A stretch of 63,442 nucleotides of DNA, the filler included, from Globobulimina sp. (Eukaryota), in the NCBI GenBank assembly GCA_003354225.1. It is 32 parts of 32 records of this genome, joined end to end, with 100 filler letters (N's around TTAATTAATTAA, not from the genome) between each part and the next. Parts side by side here need not be neighbours in the genome. Positions count along the whole stretch, not along the records: positions 9,936 to 11,822 come from PIVH01010894.1; positions 11,923 to 13,809 come from PIVH01010895.1; positions 13,910 to 15,796 come from PIVH01010896.1; positions 15,897 to 17,782 come from PIVH01010897.1; positions 17,883 to 19,768 come from PIVH01010898.1; positions 19,869 to 21,754 come from PIVH01010899.1; positions 21,855 to 23,740 come from PIVH01010900.1; positions 23,841 to 25,726 come from PIVH01010901.1; 24 more parts are not named here. One strand, 5' to 3'. Of the stretch, positions 10,678 to 23,912 are shown piece after piece; position 1 is the first letter of the stretch; each line of letters starts with the position of its first letter. Below the pieces are notes generated by a model. It saw only the letters and a program-made list of their open reading frames with translations. It did not search any database and had not been told where the DNA came from. The translations under genes and the position numbers were made by a program.

Positions 10678-11822
10678 ATGGATTGTTCGCAAGCTAATGA
10701 ATGTTTAATAGGTTATAATCAATGGATTGTTGATTTATTTCAAGGAAAACTGCAAAAACTATCTGTTCGTAGCACACAAAGAAGCGCATATACCATCGTA
10801 GTACGCAATGTTAAAAAATGTCCGTATAAAATAACAAATGAATACAATGCAATGGCAATTCACGGCATTGGTCGTTCCTTTGGGAAATTGATAAGACAGC
10901 GTTTAATGCAAAAAAATGAATATGTTTCAGAAAATGCAATTGATGCTACACAAAACGCCCGCAAACAACTTGCAAATCAAAAGAAAACCGAACAAGAAAC
11001 ATCAATCATATCAACATCCTGCAAAAAAAAGAGAAAAACACCGATCAAAAAAGAGAAAAACCCATATTACCCACCATCAAAAACGGGTGGTTACGCATTG
11101 TTAATTTGTATGTTTAAATTGTTCAAAGAGAATAATAATATGAATGGATTTACAAAGCAAGAATTAATGCGGGATGCACCACAATATTCCCATTCAGCCT
11201 TTGCTATCAATAATTTTATGCCAACATTAATTAAATACGATTATGTTAAATGCATTCGACACGCAACCAATGTAAATATGTATTATTTGGAAAATGCGGG
11301 AAAACAGATTGCAAAAACATTGTATGCGATGGAATTTGGTTTGCCAGCACCATCCAAACCAGATATATCCATATTTAATACATTTGCAGTAAATCATAAT
11401 AACGGTGAGCTAAAAGGGCAAAATAAATATAATTATCAATGTAAATATTGTGATAAACTATATGTTGGACAACTAGCATACAACAAACACATTGAAACAA
11501 AACATCCAAATGGAGAAAATGCTAAAATACGACCAAAATTATTGCTGCCGTATCAAAGTGCTGACGATGATGATATTGTTATTATTAACAATAATTCTAA
11601 AAAGTTTGGTTTCTGACTTTCTGTTGTCTTGTTATTGTATAATGTTTGTATTTTATTAGAAATAGACGGAAATATGACAATGAATTGGAATGGACAGAGA
11701 CAATGCCGCCAGCAAAGAAACAGAAACTTACCAAGAAAGAAGCAATAATTATTGGTGGCGAGTTGTATGAATTAGTTTTGTTATTTGATACAAGCGAAGA
11801 ACGCCAAAAAAGACATAATGAA
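10678..11822 (+). CDS. MUS81: Crossover junction endonuclease MUS81, 3' partial; intron 11604-11659
   Basis: N-terminal HhH (KKCPYKI...AIHGIGRSF), winged helix (YYPPSKTGGYALL...TKQELM), start of the ERCC4 domain (YELVLLFDTSE). A phase-2 GT-AG intron joins the two ORFs in frame. Confidence 0.8.
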
Positions 11823-11971
11823 NNNNNNNNNNNNNNNNNNNNNNNNNNNNNNNNNNNNNNNNNNNNTTAATTAATTAANNNNNNNNNNNNNNNNNNNNNN
11901 NNNNNNNNNNNNNNNNNNNNNNTATGTAGCAATGCGATTTTGCGATTTAACGAAAATATGAATAAAATATA

Positions 11972-12250
11972 TTAACTTTGCATGAGATTTGATATTAATT
12001 GTTGTGAGGCCGCAGTTCTTGCTTTGATCAATTTGGATAATACAGAATCAAAATGCACATTTCTTATTAATTTATCTTGGGTACATTCATGCGAACAAAA
12101 TGGACAAATATGCTTTCGATTTAAACATTCATCAATACATTTTGCACAAAAATTATGTCCGCAGGGTGTCATCATACATTTATCGATCTCATCGAAACAA
12201 ATTGGACATGTATACTCTTCCATTAGTTCGTCAATCTTATTGTTGCGCAT
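11972..12250 (-). CDS. C3HC4 RING finger exon (E3 ligase), internal exon of a spliced gene
   Basis: CPICFDEI...TPCGHNFCAKCIDECL...CPFC. Confidence 0.8.
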   Translation of the reverse strand: MRNNKIDELMEEYTCPICFDEIDKCMMTPCGHNFCAKCIDECLNRKHICPFCSHECTQDKLIRNVHFDSVLSKLIKARTAASQQLISNLMQS

Positions 12251-12589
12251 TCAAAATTGTTTTGTTTTGTTTATTAGGATGCAAATAACTTGTTAAACAT
12301 ACATAGATTTGGGCTGTCGACTGTGATTTTCTACGTATCAATCCATGTGGAACCATTCCTAATTCTGCCATTATAATGTTAGTGAGTCACAAAGCTTCAG
12401 AAGGATGTTTTTATTTTTTTGCATTATAAATTTATAAAGTATTTTATAGTCAGTTCCTTGAAAAGTCAAGAGTCATCACCATGTAAAGAACATGAAAAAT
12501 TCTTATCAATGCTTTTATTTACTCTTGAATTAAATTGTTTTCTTCAAAATCAAAAACAGTAAACTGACAGAAACTTAGCATTATACATC

Positions 12590-13809
12590 ATGGCAGTATG
12601 TAATCCCTGTACTCACCACTGATATTTCTAAAATCCAAGTAACTCATACACCCGCACAGGACGCCGAACTCACAGTTCGCTACAACGACAAAGTCAAACT
12701 AACCGATGGTGGTCAAGGCTCAGTAAAATATATCGGTTCAGTAGTCGGAAAAGACGGTGTATTTTACGGTATAGATTTAGTGAAAGGTAAAGGCAAAAAC
12801 AACGGAACTACCCAAAAAGTAGTTTATTTCAAGACTCGTGGCAATAAAAAATCAGGCAAATTTGTTCGTAAATCCGCCTTTAAAAAAGCCACCAAAACTG
12901 AACACTCCGTCACCTTTACATATGGCGATGCAGTCAGTGTGAAATCCAAAGGAAATGGCATTGTTCGCTTTGTCGGCATACCAGCTTTCAGCAAAGTGCC
13001 CAAACCAATGTACGGCGTGGAATTAGATGATCCCAAAGGAATTTGTGATGGTACAATTAAAGGATTTACGTATTTTACGTGCAAACGCAAATATGGAGTG
13101 TATGTGGAACAAAATAAAGTCTCTGCCGGCAAATCGAGGCAGACTGGCCAAGGTCCCTCGGATGTGGATGATGTAAAAGAGGATAAACCGAAAAAGGCTA
13201 AAAAGGGTAAAAAAGCTAAAAAAATTAAAACACCGGTCCCTAAAAAGGGCAAAAAAGCTAAAAAAATCAAAACACCGGTCCCTGAGCCTGAGCCTGAACC
13301 CGAACCGGAACCGGAGCCCGAACCAGAATATGAACCTGAGCCTGAGCCTGAACCTGAACCTGAACCTGAAATTGAGCCGGAACCTGAGCCTGAGGATGAA
13401 CCTGAAGAGGAAGAACAAGCAGCAGATGAAGAGCCAGAGCAAGAGGTAGAACCGGAGGAGGATGTGGAGGAAAACAAGCAGGATGAACAGGACGATAATA
13501 AGGATGATGAAGATGTAATTTCTATGTTTCCATAATTTATGGATTTGGATATGTGTTATATGTAAAATAATATGCTTTTTTGTTGTAATATATATATAGT
13601 TGGATAAGACAGATGATATTACGGAGGATTTAGTGGTTGATTTTTTGAAGGCAAATTATAAAGTGTCTGGCTCGAATGTAGTGTCACCACATGTTATAGC
13701 AAAGAAAATTATGATATCGCAAGGTGTGCCGGAGACACAATTCCAATTTCATTTAAATCAATTGGGCAAAGTTACGTATTGGATTGTTAACAATGTAACC
13801 TCTACATTT
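12590..13809 (+). CDS. Tandem CAP-Gly domain protein with a PE-repeat acidic linker; introns 12596-12659 and 13515-13599; 3' partial
   Basis: Two CAP-Gly motifs (GSVKYIG...YGIDL..GKGKNNGT and GIVRFVG...YGVELDDPKGICDGT). Both GT-AG introns preserve frame. Confidence 0.85.
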
Positions 13810-14334
13810 NNNNNNNNNNNNNNNNNNNNNNNNNNNNNNNNNNNNNNNNNNNNTTAATTAATTAANNNNNNNNNNNNNNNNNNNNNNNNNNNNNNNNNNN
13901 NNNNNNNNNATATCCCGCTAGTTTGTGCTATTAAAACAGCGGCAATACACAACAAGCTATAACATAAGGGAAATTTTTTCTCCACTTTAGGGGGTCGAAA
14001 ATTCTCCTTTAAACCCCCCTTATATTATACCCTGCCAAAAATTATAATAATTTAAGTGCGTTGAATGCCGTTGATAAAGGTGCGTTTGTTGAGTGCCATT
14101 GGCTCACCAAATTTTGAGTTGTCAAACAAAAACAATTTAACCAAAAACCATACCAAACTTTTGTGAGTTCATGTTAATAACACTGTTGCCAATCATAAAT
14201 AATCATTTGCTAGCTCGCGCTCTCTCGACTAGTTAAGAATATTAATAAAGTAATTGTATAACACTCAATGCACTGCAATGTGTTGCTTCTTTCCATATAT
14301 TAATATAAATATATACAGAGCGTAAATTAAAGCA

Positions 14335-15796
14335 ATGAATAGCATTAAATCACAAAGTAATAAAAATAATAATAGTGGCGTACACGCCAATAATAGCAGT
14401 GGCAGTGCCGCAGAAGACGAAGATCGAAAAATGAGAAAACTATTTGTGGATAAATTAAATTCCTCCATTACAGAGGACGACATTTATGCCGTGTTTTCTA
14501 AACATGGCGACATCGAAGAAGTGGCTAAATATCAAGACCGAAGAGCGCCTACTCGATATTTTGCATTTGTTGTTTATAAACGCGCCAAAGACTGCGTCAA
14601 AGCCACGCATAATCCATGTCCCATCATAAGGGGCAGGAAATGTGCCTGTATGCTGGCGGCGATTGGAAAGCAATTCTCTGGTATTTACCCATACGTCCAT
14701 TTATAAACATGCAAACATGTAAACATACCATATATACATTTATGTATTAATGTATACACCATATGTGACATGGCCATAGGATATAAATTCTTTGTACAGA
14801 AGGGATTATTGTCAGAGGAGGAGAAGAAAAACCAAGTCATTAGCAACACGCAAACGCCACAAGCAAATACTAGTAATTCGCAACAGATGATTACCAAAAG
14901 ACATTCTGGTAAGAAACGAGCCAAACACAAATCAAACAGCAATTGCAACCACAAAGAGCAGCAACAACAGCCACAGCCGCGGTCACTTCCATCCTTCAAA
15001 GAAAATGCCACCAATTCAGGCGTATATATAGTAAGTAATACGCCCTCCACTCATTTACAATATAATATGTATCCATATCCACCCAATGGCTCCTATTCCG
15101 GATCCAGAGTCACAACAAAATCAATGCACTCGAACCCGTCTAACACGCAATTGCAATATCAGCCATTGCCACAAACGCAAGCACAGCAACATTATAATGC
15201 AGCACAGTATGCGCCCAAAACTATATACGTATACAAAGAAGGTACGACATAACAAAACAAAACGAAACATATAACATGTTGCACTCTTCAAAATATCTGA
15301 CATATATATGTACAGAGTTAGATGAGCCACGTTATCGCTCCATGTCTTATCCATACATGCAATATCAGCAACATTCCAATCCGAACTGGCATCGCTACGG
15401 ACAACAAGGACAAGGGCAAGGACAAGAACAAGGACAGTATTATCAGCAACAAAATTATAACCACAATCGGCGATATTATCATCAACCACAACCGCACTCC
15501 ATATCCTATGCGCAAACACGTGCAGACAGAGACAGCCCTCAATTGCGTCGACGTAGCGGTGCCACCCCAAACATACCAAACATAGTGTTGCCACCCATGA
15601 CACAGTCAGTGTCCTATGGACATATTGAACGCCTTGAACGCCTTGAAAATTCACGTTCCAATTCCTATGCGCCTAAATTGCAAAGCATGCCCAGAGCGAA
15701 ACCAGCCGTATATAGGTCGCAAAGTGCACGGTGCAGATTCACTCCGTCATCACAGCCACGGCCACAGCCACAGCCACAGTCGCATACAGCCAAAGT
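14335..15796 (+). CDS. RRM RNA-binding protein with a Q/N/Y-rich low-complexity tail, spliced, partial
   Basis: RNP2 KLFVDKL and RNP1 RYFAFVVY, with downstream exon-like ORFs. Confidence 0.7.
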
Positions 15797-16332
15797 NNNN
15801 NNNNNNNNNNNNNNNNNNNNNNNNNNNNNNNNNNNNNNNNTTAATTAATTAANNNNNNNNNNNNNNNNNNNNNNNNNNNNNNNNNNNNNNNNNNNNATCA
15901 CATAAACTGTGCCATTCACAACTTTTTCTCATCCTTTAGTTTCCCGGTTAGCTGTAATCGTTAAACTCCGATCCTCAAAATGTATATGATATGCAATCAA
16001 TCATTAGTCTGAGTTTTATAACGGTCCCAACAAATAAATGTTTAAGAAATTATCCAACCAAACAAGTGAAAACAATTAAGTCAAGTTACAGCCAAGTTTA
16101 AATAAAATGAGGTCCGGTAACTCCGGTTGAATTCCTTGAACCATTCCTCTTCGTATACGATGAAAAAGATGGTTCAATATCGCTTGACTCCGCAGCAATT
16201 TGTGCCATTGCAATCCTATCAGTTTCATTTGGATCCCATGAATTACGTTGACTCGCCATACGATTATCTGCTATAACAATATATATATAACACAGCAAAA
16301 TATATATTTAAAAATAAAACAATTTTTGAAAC

Positions 16333-17331
16333 TCAACCTGAATCTTTTAATGTTAACGAAGACCTTCTACGCTTTTTATTTGGTCTATAAACTTGATTTG
16401 AATCATTCAACGACCGCCTTCTTTTTCTGTTGCCGGTATTTTGTCGAACTGCATCAAATATTTCTTGTTGTTCCTGTGTCGATGGAAAGTTTAACATCAT
16501 ATTGGTATGAGATTGTATTGATTGCGAATCGGAGACATCTGACTCGTCGATATCTGATTGACTGACTGTTAAATCAATACATGCGTTGCTATTATTTTCC
16601 TTTTGCTTTAAAACAGTGAATCTTTGTTGTTGCGCAGTAACTTTTCTATGCCATTTTTCATATTCTTTATCGATATTATCTGTTTGCAAAATACTTTGTG
16701 TTTTCATATTATTTTCTTTTTTTATTTGTTCAATTCGTAGCATAACGGATGTATTATTATTATTTGTTGTATATATTTTCATTTTAATTGCATCATTCTG
16801 CGATTCCATTTTTTTTCTTTCTTGTTTTAATGTATTTATTTTAGTTTCAATTCCATTGATTGTTTGATTTAAATTTAACAATTTATTTTCATTTTCGTTT
16901 TTAAATTCAATTTGTTTTTGGCCCATTTGTTTGTTCCATATATTTTCTTGTAAATTATTTAATTGATTTTGTTGTTGTTGTATTAAAATATTATATTTAT
17001 TTTCATTTAATTCCAATTTTAATTCTTTTAATTTATCTGTTTCTTGTTGAGTTTTTATTATTTCTTGGTTATAATTTGCAAAATATTCATTTTTTAATTT
17101 TGCTAATTCAAATTTATCATCTTGTAATTCGAGGGATGTTTGTTTTAATTTTAACTCATTCATTTTGCATTTTATTTGCAATCTTTCTTTTTCAATCTCA
17201 ATTGTTTGTTTTTTAATCGTTTGTAATTCGCATTTTTTCTTCATTATCTCCTTTTGTATTGAACTCATCTTCGATTTGTGTTGTTGCAATACATCACAGA
17301 ATTGCATTTCTTTGTCTTTTTCGCCATTCAT
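16333..17331 (-). CDS. Coiled-coil protein with a basic NLS-like C-terminus
   Basis: Heptad K/E/Q/L composition, with RKRRR and KKRRR clusters. Confidence 0.55.
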   Translation of the reverse strand: MNGEKDKEMQFCDVLQQHKSKMSSIQKEIMKKKCELQTIKKQTIEIEKERLQIKCKMNELKLKQTSLELQDDKFELAKLKNEYFANYNQEIIKTQQETDKLKELKLELNENKYNILIQQQQNQLNNLQENIWNKQMGQKQIEFKNENENKLLNLNQTINGIETKINTLKQERKKMESQNDAIKMKIYTTNNNNTSVMLRIEQIKKENNMKTQSILQTDNIDKEYEKWHRKVTAQQQRFTVLKQKENNSNACIDLTVSQSDIDESDVSDSQSIQSHTNMMLNFPSTQEQQEIFDAVRQNTGNRKRRRSLNDSNQVYRPNKKRRRSSLTLKDSG

Positions 17332-17418
17332 CAAACTCAAATTATTAATACTGAAGCACTAAAAAAAAAGGTTTTTAAGACGTCAAAAAACAAAAAACAA
17401 TAAAGGTGTGAGCAAATT

Positions 17419-17782
17419 TTAGCATATCTCCAGTGCTGAGTCATCCAGAAACCAATCGTTGGAAGGAATAATGAGTCTTAATCGTGCAATGTTGGATTTA
17501 TTCTTTAAATATGGCTGAAGATCATTTGTCTGCACTACCAAAACAGCCTTATCCCATTTATGAGGTTTGCAATGAATTGGTGGATCATAATTTAGCAACT
17601 CATTGATCACAAAATCTCTCAATTTCCCAGATCCATGTTTTCCTGATCCAACAACTAAATGCAACGTTGTGCTTAATTTCAGTAATTCATTTAATTTGTA
17701 TCCTATGACATAACGTAAAATAAATTGAGCATCCAACAGATGAGATAAATGTAAATCAATTTCTATTCCTCTTTTTCCTTTT
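17419..17782 (-). CDS. Smr domain C-terminus (probably a PPR-Smr protein), 5' partial
   Basis: In-frame upstream extension gives IEIDLH, followed by LVVGSGKH and LRDFVINELL..DPPI. Confidence 0.7.
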
Positions 17783-17882
17783 NNNNNNNNNNNNNNNNNN
17801 NNNNNNNNNNNNNNNNNNNNNNNNNNTTAATTAATTAANNNNNNNNNNNNNNNNNNNNNNNNNNNNNNNNNNNNNNNNNNNN

Positions 17883-19768
17883 ATTTTTAATTTCAATGAA
17901 TTTAATTCATCGTCAAATTCCTGTTCGTTTTGTTTATTTTTAATATTATCATCATTCAAACCATTCAATTTCAACACAAATTCGTTTTTTTGCAAATTAA
18001 ACTTATTTTTGCTCTCTTCATATCTCGATTGCTGCTCATTTATCTCATCCATTTGTTGCGAATATATTTTCCTGACTTTTACCACTTCGTTATTTAACTC
18101 AGATATATTCTCTTCAATGCTCGCCAACTCCTTTTGTTTATGCAATAACTGTTTGTTTAACTCATCAATCTCTAACAATAAACATGCTTTTTCATTATTT
18201 TTGCCGTCTAAGTTGTCCTGATACGGTTCGACATCCGTTTTGATCAAATCCTCAATTTCCTCCATTTTCTCCTTACATTTCTCTATATTTTCGTCGTCTA
18301 ATTGTATTTCCCTCTGTGTCCGATCCAATTTCTCCTTAAACTTCTTTTCCGCCCTCTCAATGCGTCCAAATTCCTCCTCGATGTTCTTACTCATATTCTC
18401 CTCATGTTTATCATATAATAATTTCAACTTTTCGCGATAACTCACGTTCTTACTCTGATACTTTCCTTCTTCGCTCGTTTTATCCTTATGTATCTTCAAA
18501 ATGTCACCCTCATATTTACGTAATTGGTGGTTGACATCTTGTATGTTTTTGAGGCTCCGCCGAATTATATTCTTGCTCTTCTCCGCCAATTCAAAATCAG
18601 CGTTTTTCAGTGCAGACAATTTATTATGTTCAGCTTGCATTTTTTTCTGGTTTTCCAGGATCAATTTAGCGCGCAATTCGCTTTCACGCTCTTTTATACG
18701 CTGCTCGCGCTCCAAACATTGCTTGATTTGTCTCCAGATGCGTTTGCGTGATCGCTGGTGTTGCTGTTCAGCGCGTTTTAATTGCGACAATACGCTGTTA
18801 TCCACGGGAGCTAAACTAATGGAATTGGACGGGGATGGCGAGCCCGTTAATTGTGTCGAGGTATGGGCGGTGCTGTAATTATTTGCTGTCGATATATTGC
18901 CATCCTCAGCGTTTCTTGTTATGGCAAAGATATCCTCCTCTTCTTCGACTGAAAGTATACAAGTTATACATATTTAGTTTCAGTTTGACACTCATTTGTT
19001 ATACGTTTTCAGTGCCAAACTGAAATGACACACTTCAAGTTTCAAACTAGATATAAATACCAGCATTTTGCTTGTTGTCATCGTTGGCATTGACATTTGC
19101 ATTATTTCCACTCAAATCAAATCCAAATGCACTGGTGGTTTGAGCCTGATTTGTGTCATTGTTATCATTGTCGTTGTCATGATTATGGTCGCCATTATTC
19201 ACTGTGCCACTTAGATCAAATCCAAATGCAGACGACTCTGTATTGTTATTGTTATGGTTGTTATGATCCGATGTATTATCCACAGGTTTTACATGCATGT
19301 TGCAGACGACTTGTTCCTTTGTATTGGGGATGTCTGGCCATTCGATATTTGCTTTGTCGACAGCAGGTTGTAGCTGTGTGGGTGGCGTCGCTTGCTTTTC
19401 CTTTATAGTTTGTGTCAGCGATGCCACATTATTCGCTTTGTTTGGCTGAGCATTTATAGACGGTGTACCCATTGACATTTGCAACGCCATTGTCAATCTC
19501 TCTTCTTCTGATAATCTGTTTAATGCTTCCACACTCTGTGTATATGTATGTGGGTATTGTATGCTTGTTAATTATGCGAATTTGCGATGATATCTACAGA
19601 GATCTACAGAGAGAGAGATGTTTTGCAATATACCATGGTACGTTGGCGTGTTTGGGGTTTTTTAGGTGATTCAGTTGTTGGTTGGTCATCATCTTCGTCG
19701 TCATCGTTCATTTCCATGTCGGCAAACATGTCATCAGATTCATCCTCATCCTCATCATCATCATTGGG
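17883..19768 (-). CDS. Multi-exon coiled-coil protein with a UIM-like motif, partial
   Basis: SEEERLTMALQMSM, two SAFGFDLSG motifs, and a long coiled-coil exon. Confidence 0.5.
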
Positions 19769-19868
19769 NNNNNNNNNNNNNNNNNNNNNNNNNNNNNNNN
19801 NNNNNNNNNNNNTTAATTAATTAANNNNNNNNNNNNNNNNNNNNNNNNNNNNNNNNNNNNNNNNNNNN

Positions 19869-21012
19869 ATTCTTCATTTTGTTGCTGTTTCTCTCCTGCG
19901 ATTGTTATCTATGTATAATCTTAATAAAATCGCATATTTTTGGCATGAACTTATTCAATTCGGGCCATACCAGTCTCGAATTGAAGCAGATACGTTGTAC
20001 CAAAATAGGCACCATATTGACGCAGAATATATCCCAACTTATCATCCAATTGATATTTGCGTCTGTAGTGTTGCATAGATTTAATATAATAATAATAACA
20101 TCCATCTGTTTATCGATTGTGGTGTCCATTCCGTTTGTTTTTGTCTGGTTCTTGGGCTCTGCCAATAATCGCTTATCTTTTTCGAAGCAATATATCATCG
20201 ATGTGACCTTAATCGCGCCCAACAACAATAAGGCCGGAATCAGCAACGATATCCACCATCAATCCTCTATGATAAATCGTTACAGCGGATACAAAAGGAT
20301 ATTACGTCGGACATTGGGTGAGATTTTAGGTGTCAATAGCTCCAAATTAGAGATTGGATTCATTGACAATATCGATGGATATAAGATACATATTATACAT
20401 AAAGTTGCCTCCATGGATCGAGATATCACAAAATTGTACGATGGGAAGTACGAAATCTTAGGACATGCATTGAAACAAATCTATCACATCTCGTTAGAAT
20501 GGAAGATATTTGTTGCATTGACTGTGTTTGAGAAGAATCAAACTATGCAAATGATAACGGACAACGTGGGAGATGCTGAGATGGAGAATAACAAATTTCA
20601 GGAATTGCCACAGCAAACTCCAATCAGTGAGGTGGAGAGGACAGAGAATGAGGAGAAGACATTGAAAACGGAAAGGAATACAGCAACGTTAACGTCTGGC
20701 GGGGAACACGACTTTGAAGAAGACGAAGAGATAAAATTAGAGCAGATTTCTTCGCTACAAAACAATGTTGGAAGTATGGTGTTGCTGTCTCAACAGATAC
20801 CAATGCAACAAATAAATGCAAATATTATTGAGAGTGATAACCGCGAGAGAATTGATACGGAGGTGTCTGATATATTTGGTGTTGGTGGCAATTATGATGA
20901 CAACCCATTCGGAGTACAAATTGTAATCAATAATAAGAATAATAATGATGGCAATTTAATGTTAATCAATCATGCTATGGAATATGAAGAAGATGTTTCA
21001 ATAAGTGATTGA
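19869..21012 (+). CDS. Membrane protein C-terminal region
   Basis: TM helices (QNISQLIIQLIF; IITSICLSIVVSI) followed by a soluble acidic tail. Confidence 0.55.
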
Positions 21013-21182
21013 ATAATTGCTTTTTTCTTTTTCTCTTTTGTATATATTAATTTCTTTTTTTATTTGTGCGTTTTGAAGAAAAATACTGTTCTAACAATTA
21101 AAAATGAAAAAAACAGTTTTCAACGGTTTTTGTTATTGCGCCTACCATACCGTGCATCTCGCAACCACTCGTATTCAACAGC

Positions 21183-21754
21183 ATGCTTTATTTCATTGGA
21201 TATAATAAGTACTGTGAATTTGGTGATGGTGATACCAAAGATATAAAACAATTAAGTGCATCAAATTGGACCCAAAACCTACGAATCTCACAGATTTATA
21301 ATGGATATGGATTCAGTATTTATCAAGATTCAAACAATATATTTTATTCTGCTGGAAATAATGAGTATGGATCGTGTATTCAAGAAAAGAAAGAAGATAA
21401 AATCACGAAAGCATGCAATATCAAATCATTACAAGGAATAGCCATTAAATCCATATTTTGTAATCCAACTGGCTCATATCATGGATTTATATTAACAAAA
21501 GAGAATAAATTATATGGATTTGGTAGGAATGACCGTGGACAATTAGGTGACGGTACATCATCAAATAAATATTCATTAACAGAGATCCCATTCAATCATG
21601 GCATTATTAAAGATATTAAATGTTCTGGTTATTATTCATTATTATTAACAATGTCCGGTGAGGTTTATGCCACTGATTATTCTGTGTTTGGTGGTAATGG
21701 ACAAAAAGTAAGAAATTTGTATAGATCAAAAAGATGCAATTGTATCCAATGGAC
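21183..21754 (+). CDS. RCC1-repeat protein, partial
   Basis: GYNKYCEFG, AGNNEYG and GFGRNDRGQLGDG repeats. Confidence 0.8.
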
Positions 21755-21854
21755 NNNNNNNNNNNNNNNNNNNNNNNNNNNNNNNNNNNNNNNNNNNNTT
21801 AATTAATTAANNNNNNNNNNNNNNNNNNNNNNNNNNNNNNNNNNNNNNNNNNNN

Positions 21855-22132
21855 TATGTTGCTGCACCAATCCAAGCATCACCACAACTAACAATATTTT
21901 TTATTTCTTTTTCAAATGTTTTTATTTTTGTTATTTGTTTAATATCTTCATTTCCACCATTACCTTGCTGTCCATATTCATTATCACCAATAGAATATAA
22001 TAGCAACAAAATATAATAATGGAATGCATGAATGATACTAATAATATCTGTGTGGATGTATGGAGTGCTACAGTTTCTAACGTATCCACTTACTAATAAT
22101 TGGGATCGTCTTTTCCTGACAGCATTGTTCAT
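21855..22132 (-). CDS. RCC1-repeat protein N-terminus
   Basis: LLVSGYVR...DIISII leader, then YSIGDNEYGQQGNG. Confidence 0.6.
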
Positions 22133-22718
22133 TTTCTGTGAACGTTTTCGGTTTGTTTTTTTTAGTTAAAGGATTCAAAATACCCGCTCGATAATAGGCT
22201 CTTAAACAATTGATAACAAAGGATCTATCACAAGACATGACGAGGTGCCCACCACATTTAACTTTAGCACAGAAAGCCCAAAGAAGGCAAATAAACCGCG
22301 CTCAAAAAAGAAGAGGATTGAATACGCGACGAATCCGACGCAAAGGGACTAATCATCGGACGCGTGGACGCCAACTTTATGATAAACGAAGAAAAAGAAA
22401 AAATAGAAGATAAATCACCAATAAATGCCTTTCATGTCACAGCAAGCAATTAATTATAATCAATAAAATGACAATTGATTGAACATAATGAGTGCAATCA
22501 AAATTATCAAATCATTTTGTTCACAATGTCGAATATCTAATCTTGTCTTCATTCATTGTAATTGCGTTAATTTAGATGACACATTTTATTCATTTGTTTG
22601 TGCATTTATTACATTCTTAACTTGAGTGCAAGGATCATATTCACACACAATTACAATGCGACTATGGATTCAATAACTTACAAAGCAGAACTACGGTCAA
22701 CTGCCGCTAAACGAGGAC

Positions 22719-23740
22719 TTACGGTTTTTGCTTATTTCGGAGCAACTCAAATGTTTTGCTTTTCATATAGTTTATCCAGTATTCGTTTGTTAATTTATAG
22801 CGTGTTTCATAACTATTCAGACTAGTTTTATCTTTATATTTTTCATACCAAATGTTTAACATCGTTTGATTAATATGCATTGTGGTAAAATCCTGGACAA
22901 TAACAACTGGCAAATCATGTTCGATATATAGCTCATCCAAAGGCGATGACGGCACAATGATAATGTTACCAAATAGCAATCCTTCCCATGTCCTATGACA
23001 ATCTAAACCATTCCCAATGGGCGAAAATAAAAAGACATATTTGCTGCGCTCAATAAAAGTTTCATTTTGCAGTAACAAATCGTCTGAAAAGAAGAATAAA
23101 TCCCACCATTTTTTTATTTTACTTGTAATGCTCCAATAAATTCCGCTGCGATATAAATAGCGTATTTGTGGAGAGGCCTCGCCGTTCATCAGATTTTCAT
23201 ACAAATACATTATGGAATGGTTTGCAAAATCTCTCTGATACGTTTCATTCAACTGAATTATCACAGTGCAGTACGACAATTTGCTGCAACAATATCGGAA
23301 TTACATTACTTTTAATTTCAGGTTGCACAAAATTGTCATACTGCAGTATATTGTTCAATGTCTAGAAATCGTGGAGCATTCAGCTGAATATCTGCATAAA
23401 TTTTGAGTATCCGTTGGTTGATTGGTTTGATTAAACTTTTATTTGCCAATAGGTTTGCAATTAAAATAGATCTCTGTTTTAAGGACACTTTGTGTTTTAA
23501 CAAAGAAGTATGGAAATCAATGCCGATCGGAATACCTTTCATTTTTACATTGAACGGCGTGAATCCGTCATAATTTTCAGTGAACCAATATAACAAATAT
23601 TTATTTGATAGCAGCTTTGTTACCGAATATATCCATTTCTTTCGGAAATCAGTATGATTTAAATAATATAATGGAAATATCCATGCTATGTTTGTTGCAG
23701 TTACCAATGAAAAATATTGTGTTATATTTGGTAAAATATT
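22719..23740 (-). CDS. Exostosin/GT47-like glycosyltransferase, 5' partial, with a probable intron near 23253-23341
   Basis: WFTENYD...IPIGIDFHT and FLFSPIGNGLDCHRTWEGLLFG.III..S.LD.LY. Confidence 0.7.
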
Positions 23741-23912
23741 NNNNNNNNNNNNNNNNNNNNNNNNNNNNNNNNNNNNNNNNNNNNTTAATTAATTAANNNN
23801 NNNNNNNNNNNNNNNNNNNNNNNNNNNNNNNNNNNNNNNNTATATATATATATAGTTTTGTGGTTGGGATACCAATGATACCGCAGGTTCTTTACAATTC
23901 AAACCACACAAT

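Noticed and set aside
12824-13477. Antisense GS-repeat and FR-repeat ORFs
   Set aside because: Shadow frames of the PE-repeat region in the CAP-Gly gene.
22210-22413. Arg-rich 67-aa ORF as a protamine or ribosomal protein
   Set aside because: No recognisable motif and an uncertain start.
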